Source: Octopus sinensis
Lineage: Eukaryota
DNA length: 64,000 bases
Direction: 5' to 3'
NCBI RefSeq assembly: GCF_006345805.1
Contig: NC_043004.1
Location: 90,148,001-90,212,000 of the forward strand
Shown piece by piece: positions 37,581 through 50,835 of this stretch. Numbering within the stretch: position 1 is the stretch's first letter; the number at the start of each line of letters is the position of its first letter. The notes below the pieces were generated by a model. It had not been told where the DNA came from, did not search any database, and saw nothing but the letters and a program-made list of their open reading frames with translations. A program made the position numbers and the translations under genes.

Positions 37581-38307
37581 TAAATTTATATATATATATA
37601 GTCTTCATTCAGTTTCCACCTACCAAATCCACTCACAAGTCTTTGGTCAACCGGAACTATGTGGTTGAGAAGCAAGCCTTTTACCACACAGCTATTGTAT
37701 GTATGTATGTATGTATGTACGAAGTTACAAGAATGTTTTTAGTCGTTCCAAAAGCATACGGGTCTACACTTTCCCCACAGTTGACAGACGGGATGGATAG
37801 TCCACGAAAATTCCCGCATTATCGGACCTGATTTGAATAATGATATAAAAATTGCGTCTACTCAATCTGGTGGGACTTCTTCAGTGAAAAACAATCAATG
37901 GGTGAAGAATGTCAGTCATTTTCTCCCTTCCACACTTAAAAAGCTCTGCATTTGTACTATCCACCCCAGGGGTGTTTTGCTATTTAGGCTTCTTATTACT
38001 AATCTTATGTCCGCTACTAATCTTATGCCGGTGATTGCATTTGATACCTGACAGTGAGATAGGTTTACAAAACCGCATCAAAGCATTTGACACTGCTTGT
38101 GAACGACGTCGTTAGATTAACGATTAATGGTAAAAAAATACAAACAAACTATAGTGATGTATCAACCCATACCAGAACAGGCCTTTATTGTCCGTCAAAT
38201 ATATGTTGTTGATTCGAATCTTTCCGTTATAAGTATCAGTCAAGCATTGGGATCGATGTTATTGACTAGCGCTTCCACCCAACTTTCAGGCCTTGCGCCT
38301 ATGGTAG

Positions 38308-38344
<37 letters not shown>

Positions 38345-38349
38345 ATATT

Positions 38350-38576
38350 CTTTTACTTCAGTTATTTGACTGTGGCCATGCTGGAGCACCGCTTTAAAGG
38401 ATGTTAGTCGAAGAAATCGACTCCCAGGACTTATTCTTTGTAAGTCTAGCACTTATTCTATAAGTTTCTGCTAAGTTACGGAGACATAAATACATTGGTT
38501 GTCAAGCGATGGTGGGGGAACAAACACAAACAAATACACACACACCACACACACACACACAAACACAAACACACAC

Positions 38577-38623
<47 letters not shown>

Positions 38624-38782
38624 GACGGGCTTCTTCCAGTTTCTGTCTACCAAATCCACTCACAAGGCTTTGGTCGGCCCGGGGCTATAGTAGAAGATAC
38701 TTGCCCAAGGTGCCACGCAGTGGGACTGAACCCGGAACCATGTGGTTGGGAAGCAAGTTTCTTACTACACAGCCGCGCCTGG
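38350..38782 (-). mobile_element. SINE family A copy
   Basis: Match to the other copies; head at ~38782. Confidence 0.88.
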
Positions 38783-38790
38783 ACCTAAAA

Positions 38791-38825
38791 ACAGGCGGGG
38801 ATACTTACCACTATACTACCGAGGA
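38791..38825 (-). pseudogene. tRNA-Asp(GTC) 5' half (35 nt)
   Basis: Minus strand TCCTCGGTAGTATAGTGGTAAGTATCCCCGCCTGT matches metazoan tRNA-Asp from nt 1 to the middle of the anticodon. No 3' half follows. Confidence 0.8.
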
Positions 38826-39229
38826 CCAATATATAGTAGTTGGTTTTGGCTCACACTTTCCAATTTCTTTAATTTTGTTCCAATTGATTTCAAATTTGGT
38901 GTATTGGTGTAGTTTCGTTTGTTAATTATGGAGATGAAATTCATTTTTGTTATGGATTCATAAATAAAAGGTTAATCACTTTTAAAGTTTTCTAATTCTG
39001 ATTAATTTTAACCAACCGAAAGCCACACACATGTTGGGGGGTTCTATTTGGCTCACACTTTTCAATTCCTTTAATTTTGTTCTAATTGATTTCAACATCA
39101 GATTCAGCGTGAAAAATAATATCAATACATCAAATTTGAAAATTTTCATTCAATTTTTGAATTTCAAAAAGCGTGAGTCTAACTGAAAAGAAACTTTGGA
39201 CACAGAAATTGCATCTTGTATTCAAAAAG

Positions 39230-39625
39230 CAGTAAAATATTTGGCTCTCTTAGGAATCGTGTATGGTTATAATGATGCATTAAGGCCAGCATAAAAATTT
39301 TTGGTTTATCGTGCATTTGTACTGTCCTCCCTTCTTCATATGTTGGAAATTTGGACTGTTTACAACCATCATATAAAATTCTTAGAATACTTTCACTTAA
39401 ATGTCTTCGTCAAATTCTCAGGATCAGCTGGAAATCGCTTACACTAGTTTACATCAGATACAGAGGTATGAGAGAAAGTATGAAATTCATCAATTCACAC
39501 TATGCTGGTTTCCAATCAGCTGAAGTGACTGATCATGTGATACAGTGGAGGAAGGGGTGGGGGTGAATGCATCCCTAAGCAGGGTTTTTAATATGGTGAG
39601 CAATTTGTTGGGGAGCAAAAACAGT
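39230..39625 (+). mobile_element. Degenerate RTE-type LINE 3' fragment
   Basis: KFLVYRAFVLSSLL...WTVYNHHIKFLEYFHLKCLRQILRISWK...FxYGE. Confidence 0.6.
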
Positions 39626-39637
39626 AAACCCCCCCCC

Positions 39638-39868
39638 AATTCTTTACTGCCCACAAGGGGCTAAACATAGAGGGGACAAACAAGGACAGACAAAGGGATT
39701 AAGTCGATTATATCGACCCCAGTGCGTAACTGGTACTTAATTTATCGACACCGAAAGAATGAAAGGCAAAGTCGACCTCGGCGAAATTTGAACTCAGAAC
39801 GTAACGGCAGACGAAATACGGCTACGCATTTCGCCCGGCGTGCTAACGTTTCTGCCAGCTCACCGCCT
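39638..39868 (-). mobile_element. SINE family B, young copy
   Basis: Near-identical to the 37350 and 52546 copies. Confidence 0.9.
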
Positions 39869-41185
39869 ATATTTAGTTGAATATACCATATAATGATGTT
39901 GAATCTACTGCTCTTGACAGAAATGAATGGCGAAAAAAAATATCTGGTCTACAGTAAAAGATCTTGAAGTAAAGAAACAAAAGTATGCAAAAAATATAGA
40001 GATCTACGGGAAAATGATATCTTGTGAAACATAGAAATAGTGTCATCCTTCTGTTGCTCAACTTGTGGTAAGACTTGCTTTTTGTAAGGCTGGCTTAATT
40101 TTACATCTCAGAACTAATCTGGCTTAACTTCACACCTCCCAACTCATCTTCATGCAGTTGGCCCAAGAGCCAAGTTTCAGAATAGCTGTCACATAAATCG
40201 GAATTTTTCTGTTTCTTTCGGGATTTTCGCACATCGAGCCCTTTGAAACAGCAGGCCACCACTAAAATGATTCCCGTCCCCGCTTATTTTATACATCACA
40301 TTCTGAAGCACTTTTAATTCGCACAGAAAGTAAAGCAACCATATTTATCATCTAATTTTTATGTTGTATAGAAAAATGCTTTTAGAGAATGAAAAAAGTG
40401 TGAAAAAATGCAATTAAGTGTGGAAAAAATTAATAATCACGTGGTAAATATGGCAACGATTTTATAAAATGGCAGTGTGAAAAAGAACAAAACAAAAAGA
40501 AAAACAGGCAAAAAATAGCGAAAAAATCCCTTCAAAAGTCCCCAACCCAGTATTTTTAGATGTGGTATATTATAAAATATGGAAAATCACAAAAGAAATT
40601 CCGATTTATGTGTGAATGACAATTTAATTTTTTTTAAAAACAATTTTTCTCACACCTCACAGATAGAACAGAAGAGATGTTGCAATGCAGAAAGCTGCAT
40701 CATGTGTGTTACATCAGAAGGCAGCGAGCTAGCAGGATTGTTATCACGCTGGACAAAATGATTAGAGGCACTTCGTCCGTCTTTATGTTCTGAGTTCAAA
40801 TTCCTCTGAGGTCGACGTTGCCCTTTATCCTTTCAAGATCGAAAAAAAATAAGTACCAGTTGTGCACCGGGGTAGATACAATCGACTTACCACCCTTCTC
40901 CAAAATTGCTGGCCTTGTGTCAAAATTTGAAATCAATACGTGCTGCATCAGACATAGTAGCAATGAAAGCGCGACTTAATCACAATTTGAAGGAAGAAAG
41001 CGGCTGTTCTGAGATGAAGAGTGTCGGAGGGCTCAATAGCGACTGGTCTGAAGAGGAATGTGTCCATCTTCTAATCCTCTGTGTTGCAAGCGGAAGCTTC
41101 CGTGTTTTAGCCGAGGTGACACGGGTAGCAACGAAGAATATAGCACAATACATGGTGTTTCAGATGAGCGATATGCCTTCTTCGA

Positions 41186-41556
41186 GTGGAGGCGCAATGG
41201 CCCAGTGGTTAGGGCAGCGGACTCGCGGTTTCGATTCCCAGACCGGGCGTTGTGAGTGTTTATTGAGCGAAAACACCTAAAAGCTCCACGAGGCTCCGGC
41301 AGGGGATGGTGGTGATCCCTGCTGTACTCTTTCACTACAACTTTCTCTCACTCTTACTTCCTGTTTCTGTTGTACCTGTATTTCAAAGGGCCGGCCTTGT
41401 CACTCTCTGTGTCACGCTGAATATCCCCGAGAACTACGTTAAGGGTACACGTGTCTGTGGAGTGCTCAGCCACTTACACGTTCATTTCACGAGCAGGCTG
41501 TTCCGTTGATTCGGATCAACCGGAACCCTCGTCGTCGTAACCGACGGAGTGCTTCC
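41186..41556 (+). mobile_element. SINE family C, full length with 14 bp TSD
   Basis: TSD TATGCCTTCTTCGA at 41172-41185 and 41557-41570; tRNA-like A/B-box head. Confidence 0.92.
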
Positions 41557-41570
41557 TATGCCTTCTTCGA

Positions 41571-42090
41571 ACGGAGACAAGATTGTTCCAACTGGATGCT
41601 TGCCGTCTTTGCAGTCGAGGCTGATAGGCTCCAGTCGCGACAGGAAAGCGTTGGGGCGCTGAGGCCCTTTTTAATGACACCGTTCAGTATGATGTGTTGA
41701 AAGAAACGTCCCACGACAAGAGAGCGGGTGCAGTCCAAACTCGTCGACAATAGCTCTTTAACTGTGTTTATGAAACTTACATTTAAGTAGCTTCGAGTAT
41801 GTCCTGAGATTGGGGCTTAGGACAACACCGATGCATAAGAACGCATCGTCGAGAAAGGTGCCAGTCGTTGAACATAAACTCCACTGTTTGGTAGCGAAAC
41901 AGTCAGGAGGTTAGTAAAGAATTGATTGTATCCTTGTACTGGCGGAACTGTGCTATCACACGTCGCGTTGATAAGCTGTTTTCTGCAGGACAGAATAGCC
42001 TGTTTGGAACCCACGGCCCACATTAGGTTCGTATGTGATATGGAGAACCTCGTGGACAAGTGCATAGTGGGGGAAGTCGATGGATACAAT
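41571..42090 (-). mobile_element. Degenerate LINE APE-endonuclease remnant
   Basis: RFSISHTNL..., VPPVQGY, SGVYVQ and SLVVGRF.H resemble APE motifs (xNIRG, GGVxxY, VVGDFNxH). Confidence 0.45.
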
Positions 42091-42259
42091 ACCAGGTTGT
42101 TACGCAGAGTTACATTTAACTCGGTACTCTTCGTCGACTGGCATCTTTCTCGGAGTTGTTATGAGTTTCAATTTCCGTATAAACTACAGAAGAAATACAA
42201 CTGTGGAGCTAATGTCAACGAGTTTGGACTGTGCATACTTTCTTGTTATCATAGTGCGA

Positions 42260-43500
42260 GACATATTCCCCTCACATCATACTAAAGGACGTTATTTAAA
42301 AGGACTTGCTACTACCGAGGTCACAACTAGAGCCTGCTGGAATCAACTCCGGCGACGGTAAGTGTCTAGATGGGATATATTTTTTTCCTGTACCCAAAAG
42401 TAACCGGAACGTTCCCGGTGAGACAAGTCCGTTGCTCGGGCTTCCGCCGCTAGAAGCCAGTTTATGTAACCCTCGGGTCTCAATCTGCCGACTGGCGTCT
42501 TCGTGTAGTGTCGTACTGCCACGTAGTGCATCTTTGTTTTGCAGTAATTCTCCCCTGTTCGTCGATTTTTGCGATGGCTGAAACAAGGAACTGCGTGCTT
42601 CTGCGAAATTCTGTTTTCTGCTGGGGAAAACGACGGCCAAAACAGTTGTCATGCATCAGATAGCTTGCAAAAACGCTGCTATGAGCAAAACACAAGTTTA
42701 CGAGTGGTTTTTACACTTTAGCAATGGTCACTTGTCGCTTGAAGACCAACTTCGTTCAGGACGACCGTCGACCTCCCGAACGAATGAAAACATCATGAAA
42801 ATTCATGAACTGATCTTGGAGGGCCGTCACTGAACAACTGATAAAATTGATATGATTGGTGTATCTTGGATTGGTGTTTTGAGCGAGGAATTGCAAATGA
42901 AAAGAATTACAGCAAAATTTGTGTCTCGCTTGCTCACAGAAGATCAAAAGCAGTCACAAGTGAATGCATGTCGTGAACTGAAAGAACAGTTGGAAGCTGA
43001 TCCGGACCTTTTTCGAAAGTATTCACAGGTGATGAAAACTGGGGTTACGGAATTTGCAAATCTGGAAAAAGTGAAGGAAAAAACAAAAAAAAACAACAAC
43101 GGAGGTGTTAAAAGGCATCACTTCGGAAGAGTTCCGGCACTGCTTCGATGAGTGGAAAACGCGCCTGCGCCGATTCATTGCTTCAAATAGGGAATATTTT
43201 GAAGGCGATAAAAGTGTAAACATGTAAAACTAAGTGTATAAAATAGCATTGCAAAATTCCGGGTTTTTTTTGGGGTGCCCTTCGTATATCGCTTAGCCGT
43301 GTCACCTCCGTCAAAATTCGGGAGCTTCCGCCGCAACACAGAGGAGCAGATGACGAAGTACGAGCCATTTTCTGACAGACTCCTATTTGTGCCACTCGCT
43401 GTTGAGACCTTCGACGTCCTCGGTCCTAGGGCTTCCCCTTTCTTTATCACACGAACGGATGGTGACATCGTGTTTGTCGACATTGTCCCGATTCGAGAGA
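42260..43500 (+). mobile_element. CRE-like non-LTR restriction-like endonuclease remnant, split by a mariner
   Basis: LEPAGINSGDGKCLDGI.FFP (decayed GDGKRPDG) before the mariner and MTKYEPFSDRLLFVPLAVETFDVLGPRASPF after it. Confidence 0.6.
42390..43284 (+). mobile_element. Internally deleted mariner transposon (CpG-intact copy)
   Basis: TIR-like ends gtacccaaaagtaaccggaa / ttccgggtttttttggggtgcccttcg|TA. Peptides MSKTQVYEWF...EDQLRSGRPSTS and AKFVSRLLTEDQK. Confidence 0.88.
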
Positions 43501-44559
43501 CAGCATGGTGAGCTGCGTAACGAAAAGAAGTATCCCAGAAGAGTGATCCTCTGCCGAAAGAGAGCAGGGTTGATGGGAATCTACAGAATTGTTCCGAACC
43601 TCAATCTTGATGTGAGCTTCAGAAATATCGCTGAGCAGATATTGTTATACGAACGTACGATAATACATAAGCAGAAATATTCGTAAACACATCGAAATAT
43701 GAATAGCTTTAGGGATTTGATTGGTTGCCCAAATCGTTTTCATCAGTAAATTAAAAATGATTTTTACAATAGTCACAGCTCATAAATAAATTCTATTTAA
43801 TGTTAAAAATCGATATTAGCACATTAAGTTATTTTTGACGTAATTTTTTCGTAAGTGATTCTATATGAGGATGATTTTATTGGTTTTTATATTTCGTAAA
43901 ACGGAGTTAATGCATTAAACAGTATTAGGGCTAATTTTCTAAAGCAATAAACCTCCAGATTTTAGCCATCAAAGACTGAAGTTAATAATAGCGAGACAAG
44001 ACTATTTCAAATGCAAAGAAAACTAATTATCGTTAGTCTTATACTGTTTCTGTTTGTGAACTGGTTAGGGTAGTAGATAGTTGACAATAAAAGAAATGAA
44101 ACAACTGTACAGTCAATATAGATGTGATAGCTAAGCCGCTTAGTAAATGAAATGAGGGCTATATCCATTGCGCGGATAATAGATACAGATGAAAAGAGGG
44201 TTTCAGTGAGCTTCCAGTATTTCATAGAGTTGTAAGCTGAATTTGATCCCATTCGGGAAAAACATTTAAAAAGAATGTTGGCTGGTGTTGTACCTCCATC
44301 ACGCAGGTATTCTGCACCACTCGTCTGTCCATCTCTCATCATTCTTTGAATGTCCAACCTCCTTAGCCCAGTACTAACCATTATGTCCAGTCCTTTCTCG
44401 CCCGAACATCACGTTCCTGGAGTCTTTTTCCTACTCATGTCTTTCCTGCAGTGTTGACCTCCAACAGTTTAAATAGAACATTAATAGCATCAATCTCACC
44501 AGTCTCGGAGGCCCTGCCAAGGTTATAGGCAATGCATTTTCCTCCAGTTTCAACAAGTT

Positions 44560-44745
44560 AAATGAAATGCAATAAAAATTCCATGTCTGTCACCACAAAT
44601 GCAAAATATATTTATCAAATGCTGTGAGGAAGAAATTAGGCCAATATTTGTGGTAACTGTCCTAAAAGAAGAGATATTTTTTTGTTAGTGACTGCTGATG
44701 AAACACAGGACACATCCACAAAATCAGTAATTCTCTGATATATGC
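44560..44745 (+). mobile_element. Possible hAT transposase remnant
   Basis: YFxLVTADETQDTST...SVILxY resembles the hAT FSIxADETxDxS motif. Confidence 0.4.
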
Positions 44746-44859
44746 CAGCACCACAGCCTCCTTCCCGTCGGCGATATTTGTGAAATATTTTATCTCCCAC
44801 CTCTCTCACTCTCTTTCTCTGTCTCTCTCTCTCTCATTATTATTATTATTAATTAGGAG

Positions 44860-46919
44860 ACGAAATTTGCATCCATTCTGACATGTGGGTGATGCGCCAG
44901 AAAGGGAAACTTACTGAGTGATGCACTGGAAGTGAGGAAGGTGGTGACGTTAGGTAACAAAGCGGTCGATTTTACCGTGCTCTTTTCGCTCTGGAATGGA
45001 CATGTATCATCAAAGGGTCCTCGGAAATTTATCGCTAGCTAGCAGGTAGGATAGAGAGTATCTCAGAGTCGCACAAGTTTCAGTCGGTGGTTGAGGTGTT
45101 CCGTTTTGGAATCGTCAATTAGATCGAGATAAGAGACCTTTCCTGTCCTTTACACTACATCAACGCCATCCACAACTTAGTCGACCACAGTCGCCTGTAC
45201 CATCATTGGCATTCCTTGTACCGCCATCCACCACTATACTGATGCTTCTATATCTAACCCTGTTCCCTTCTATAGCCCTTAAGTTGGTTATTTCACTTCA
45301 ACAGGAATAGAATCTGGGGACCAGTGCGTCGCGAGTTGTCAGCATGCGGCCGGAAGAAGATGGCAATGAGATCGATGGATCAAACTCTGAGGGAAAGAAT
45401 GTGACAGACAAACTAAAAAAAAAACAAGGGCTTTCGGATTAAGTTTGAGGCGGGCGATTGACAGTAGAATGTTTCTAGAAGAGAGATCCCCCGACGTTGA
45501 GAAACAAGGTGAGCTACTAAGAGCATACTCTGAAAGAAGAGGCCAGAAATGAGTTCGAGAGAGATGTGACCAGCTAAATTGAAGAAGGTATTTAAATGCA
45601 TTGGGAAAAGGTGAAGAGCAGTGTGTTCCCGATGATGGCAGTGGTTCAACCGACGAAAAATAACGTTCGGTCAGTACAAGATTTTCGGGAACTGAATGAG
45701 CACGTATTGTCATACAGGCAGTGAAACCACAGATGTCTGTAGGGAGACTTTGCTAGCGTGAAGGCAAATAATGGGATCGCCGACCATCGTCGATCTTAGG
45801 TCGGTGTATCTGCAGCTCTACGTAGCTGAGAAACTGTGGAGGTACTAGATGGTGAAACACATGGGTAGGACATACTGATTCGCCTGGGAATCGGCTGAAC
45901 TCTATACCAAAAGTCATGGCGAACTTGGGAATAATGGCCTAAGTGGAGCAGGCCACTAATTTCTTTGTAGATGACATTCTGGTGAATGAAACTACAATAT
46001 CAGCAGTAAAGGTTCTAAGTCATCTTAGGAGGTTCTGGTTGACTATGAAACCATCAGAGATTATAGTAGGAGATGCTGTGCTGGGACTTAAACTTAGGAG
46101 AGATAAGATGGAACTGGGCCAACAGACCTCCAGACAATCAAAGCTATGGCCAAGAAACGGCGAATCTTTCCTAACTGAGGAACTCTTCTGATACATGTCG
46201 CTCAGAGCAAAACAAAGGGTCGGTCTCATAAAGAGCAGTGTTGCGATATGAATGTATACAGGAGCACAGTGCAGCAGCGTTTCGAGGAAGAAGGTTCAGC
46301 ATCCGTTTAGATCGGGGACAAAATTTGGGTGAAACTAGCCAACGTACAGTGCACGATTCAATGGTGGAAAGGAAGGGTGACGGAAGGGAACTCCCGAAAT
46401 AATGTGTCACATGAAGGAAAGCCGCGTCACATCCTGGACGTCCATAGAATTATCATCTCCTCAGGCAACGAAGGACAAGTAGAAGGTGAGATCAGTACCA
46501 CAATCTTGCAAAGGTCACAAAAAGGGTGACTCCATCTAGCTAGGTGAATGGATGGATGACTTTGAAGAATGAGAGTATTGTGAAGCGACCTTCAGATAGA
46601 GGGTGTGTGCGTGTGGAATAGTGGGTTGTGAGCTAGAAATGCAAAACAGCATTAGTGGGTGATGCATCCAAAGTAAGCGGGGAGTAATGTCAGGTAACGG
46701 TAACAAAGCAGGTGATCCGACCGTGCTCTTTTCGCTGGCAGTGACGGAGAACGGATGCGCGTGATCAAGAAGTCGTAAGAAATTCTATCTCCTTGCTAGC
46801 GGGTAATGTGGAGTGTGCTTCAGGGTCGCACAACAAGTTTCAGCTGGTGATCGAGGAGTTCCTTTTGGGATCCGTTTATTAGATCAAGGTAAGAAACAGT
46901 TTCCGTCCTTTACACTCCA
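44860..46919 (+). mobile_element. Degenerate Gypsy-type LTR retrotransposon with two diverged LTR-like repeats (~44860-45160, ~46615-46919)
   Basis: Both repeats share accgtgctcttttcgct, gtcgcacaa...gtttcag and gtcctttacact.ca. Internal RT pieces PMMAVVQPTKNNVRSVQDFRELN, IVDLRSVYLQL, NFFVDDILV and AVLGL. Confidence 0.7.
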
Positions 46920-46984
46920 TCCATGTAATTTTTCTTTCTTCGTCACTATGTCGACCGAATTTGTTTATTTTTTTTTTAAAGTTT

Positions 46985-47390
46985 AGAGACGCAGGAGTGG
47001 CTGAGTGGTAAGTAGCTTGTTTACCAACCACATGGTTCCGGGTTCAGTCCCGCTGCGTGGCATCTTGGGCATGTGTCTTCTGCTATAGCCCCGGACCGAC
47101 CAATGCCTTATGAGTGGATTTGGTAGACGGAAACTGGAAGGAGCCTGTCGTATATGTGTATATATATATATGTGTGTATGTGTGTGTATATGTTTGTGTG
47201 TCTGCATTGCTTGACAACCGATGCTGGTGTGTTTACATCCCCGTTACTTAGCGGTTCGGCAAAAGAGACCGATAGAATAAGTACTGGGCTTACAAAGAAT
47301 AAGTCCCGGGGTCGATTTGTTCGACTAAAGGCGGTGCTCCAGCATGGCCGCAGTCAAATGACTGAAACAAGTAAAAGAAAGAAAGAAAGA
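46985..47390 (+). mobile_element. SINE family A copy
   Basis: Match to the other copies; (AAGA)n tail. Confidence 0.9.
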
Positions 47391-47639
47391 AACAGTTTTC
47401 TTAGCCGTGGCAATTTGTCCCTTTTTCCAATTGTCATCCCCACTGTCACCTCCGTGAAAAACACTGAATACAATCACAACTCTCTGTCGCATCCGTAATG
47501 TCGGCAATGGAAAAAAACATAAACGAACATTTTCTGGGGTTTGTGGAAATTACCCAAACAAATATGGAATCAAAAACAAATCCATTTCTCAGAATAAAAT
47601 CTCAGAAATTGGAGTGTTACGATTAGACATTCTTCAACA

Positions 47640-48800
47640 ATTGATGTAACACGTGATGAGCGAGCCTTTTCTGTAAGCCAAAAGTTGTGCTGTATTAGTA
47701 GTTGTTGAATAAAGTCTTCAGTACACCAATTTATTCTTCGTTAATTTCTAACGACGGTTCATTCAAGTAACTCTATTATGGGCAGAGTTCTGCGTTAACC
47801 GTCTCGTAATTCAAACACCGATCACGTATGTCTGAAGATTTTCTTGCCAGTATTCCTTATATTGACAGACCACATGTCTTCTTATTTCGCGAACCATTTG
47901 AACTCATTACAATATGTAACAATTACGAGGACAAAATAAATTACAGAGACTGTTATCTACATTAAATCGTTGGATGAAGTTTTTACCAGACAACAAAATC
48001 GCTACTTGCATACAACAGCCAACAGAAAACCTCGATCAATTTCTTCCAAACTTGAAACTACTGGCTAAAAGATGTAACTTCGGAACAATATATACTCTTT
48101 TACTTGTTTCAGTCATTTGACTGCGGCCATGCTGGAGCACCGCCTTTTTAGTCGAGCAAATCAACCCCGGGACTTATTCTTTGTAAGCCCAGTACTTATT
48201 CTATCGGTCTCTTTTGTCGAACTGCGAAGTGACGAGGACGTAAACACACCAGCATCGGTTGTCAAGCAATGCTAGGGGGACAAACACAGACACACAAACA
48301 CATACACACAAACACATACACACAAACACATACACACATATATATACATATATACGACAGGCTTCTTTCAGTTTCCGTCTACCAAATCCACTCACAAGGC
48401 ATTGGTCGGCCAGGGGCTATAGCAGAAGACACTTGCCCAAGATGCCACGCAGTGGGACTGAACCCGGAACCATGTGGTTGGTTAGCAAGCTACTTACCAC
48501 ACAGCCACTCCTGCGCCTATTATATTAAATATTTAATAACAGGTGTGTGTGTTTTAATTCCTGGAATAACGTCGACAGGAACAGAACTCAGATATCTTCG
48601 AAAACAAAAAGCTAAAATGGTTAAACATCAGTTTCGCAACCCAGAGCTTTGGACTTTCTACTAAAGAATACCAGCGTTTATAATTAGAGTATTTTTGTCA
48701 ACAGTATTACTGTTACAGAGGAAAACAAACAACAGAACACGAAAATATTTCAGCAGGTTTGATGGCGGAGTATAAGCAAGTCCAGAGAAAATGTCCAGCT
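47640..48800 (+). mobile_element. Degenerate Gypsy gag remnant, interrupted by SINE A (48095-48518, -)
   Basis: IATCIQQPTENLDQFLPNLKLLAKRCNFG resembles gag LATRxQQPxExLDxFLxxLKxLAKDCNF. Confidence 0.55.
48095..48518 (-). mobile_element. SINE family A copy
   Basis: Match to the other copies. Confidence 0.9.
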
Positions 48801-49150
48801 AGAAATGCCATCTGTCATGTGAGAGAAAAAAATTAAATGATTTTTCTCGATTGTATAAATCACCTAACAACGCCCCAAGGACACCATTGTAATGCGTGTA
48901 AAGCAATGTCCAACATTGGTTTTTTGTTTGTTCTTTTTTTGCTTCATTAAAACATCAAGTTGTTTCATCAAAACAATAATTAACCATCAATCAACGCAAG
49001 TGTGTGTTGAAGGTGGAAATACTGATAGTTTTATCAGAGCTAATATTGATTTCAAATTTTGGCACAAGGCCAGTAATTTCATGGGGATGGGTAAGTCGAT
49101 TACATCGACTCTCAAATTCTCAACTAGTACTTATTTTATCGACCCTCCGA

Positions 49151-49221
<71 letters not shown>

Positions 49222-49549
49222 GACGGGCTTCTTTTCAGTTTCCGTCTACCAAATCCACTCACAAGGCTTTGGTTGGCCCGAGACGAAGGCATTGAGTCGA
49301 TTATATCGACCCCAGTGCGAAATTGGTACTTTATTTATCGACCCCGAAAGGATGAAAGGCAAAGTTGACCTCGGCGGAATTTGAACTCAGAACGCAACGA
49401 CAGACGAAATACCGCTAAGCATTTCGCCCGGCGTGCTAACGGTTCTGCCAGCTCGCCGCCTTAGTACGGACTTATATAGTTCCCGTCAACCAAGTATAGT
49501 GTGTGTGTGTGTGCGCGCGCGCGAGTGTGTATTTAACAACAATGTACAG

Positions 49550-49768
49550 CAGTGCTTTTCAAACTTTTTGCTGGAGCAGAACCCCAAGGAAACATTCCAC
49601 TGGCTCGGGGAACCCCTGTGCAATAATTTAATAGTCTTATGCACACATATCTGCGCAGGAGAATTAAAAATTACTGCCGATTTTAGCAGTTTTGTAACTT
49701 CTTGCGGAACCCCTGGACTGTACTGGCGGAACCCTAAGGTTCCGCGGAACCCTGGTTGAAAACCACTG
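49550..49768. mobile_element. hAT-family MITE with 8 bp TSD
   Basis: TIRs CAGTGCTTTTCAA / TTGAAAACCACTG; TSD ATGTACAG at 49542-49549 and 49769-49776. Confidence 0.92.
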
Positions 49769-50199
49769 ATGTACAGAGGTATATATGTATAGAACCAACA
49801 TGAAGAGAGTAAATTACAAAAAGCAAAGCACATACAGTTTCAAACCTACATACACGCGTATAGGATCAATTGCGTAAACATAAGACGTATCTACGTGTGT
49901 CTAGAAGCAACTTTCTGTTTTTCCTTTTGAACATATGAGATTACATACGAACGTGTGTGTAAGTATATAATCTGCGTTATGTGCGTTACGTGTTTCACGC
50001 ATATTGACATACATATTGACATACATATTGACATACATATTGACATACGCACGTCCACATGTACGTGCAAGTGTCTACATGCATGTGCTTGTGTGTTTTT
50101 CACCCAATGACAGCTAAAAGCTCTCTCGTCAATCACTCCACTTTCTAGAGACAAGGACGCAAACGCGCGCGCACCACACATACAATCTTTCACACACAC

Positions 50200-50224
50200 C
50201 AACACACACATACATATACATACA

Positions 50225-50258
<34 letters not shown>

Positions 50259-50288
50259 CATACATACACACACACATACATACATACA

Positions 50289-50320
<32 letters not shown>

Positions 50321-50642
50321 CACACACACACTTATGTATATATATACACACACATACATACATACATACATACATACATACATACATACATACATACACA
50401 CACACATACATACATACATACATATACACACACACTTATGTATATATATACATACATACATACATACATACATACATACATGCACACATACATACATACA
50501 TACATATATACACACACACACTTATGTATATATATACATACATACATACATACAAACACATACATACATACATACATACATACATACATACATACATACA
50601 TGCATACATACATACATACATACACACACACATACATACACA
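50200..50642. repeat. (CATA)n compound microsatellite
   Basis: Seen directly. Confidence 0.95.
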
Positions 50643-50796
50643 TCTTTGTCAATTTTCGTCTGATCTAATTGCTGATGACTGGACATGTGTTGATCGATTA
50701 TTTCTATACAGTGTTTAGATAAACAGGTAGGGAGATGGATAAGTAGTTTGGCATCCAAGCAGGCAGGCAGGTAGGAAGGTAGGTAGGTAGGTAGGT

Positions 50797-50833
<37 letters not shown>

Positions 50834-50835
<2 letters not shown>

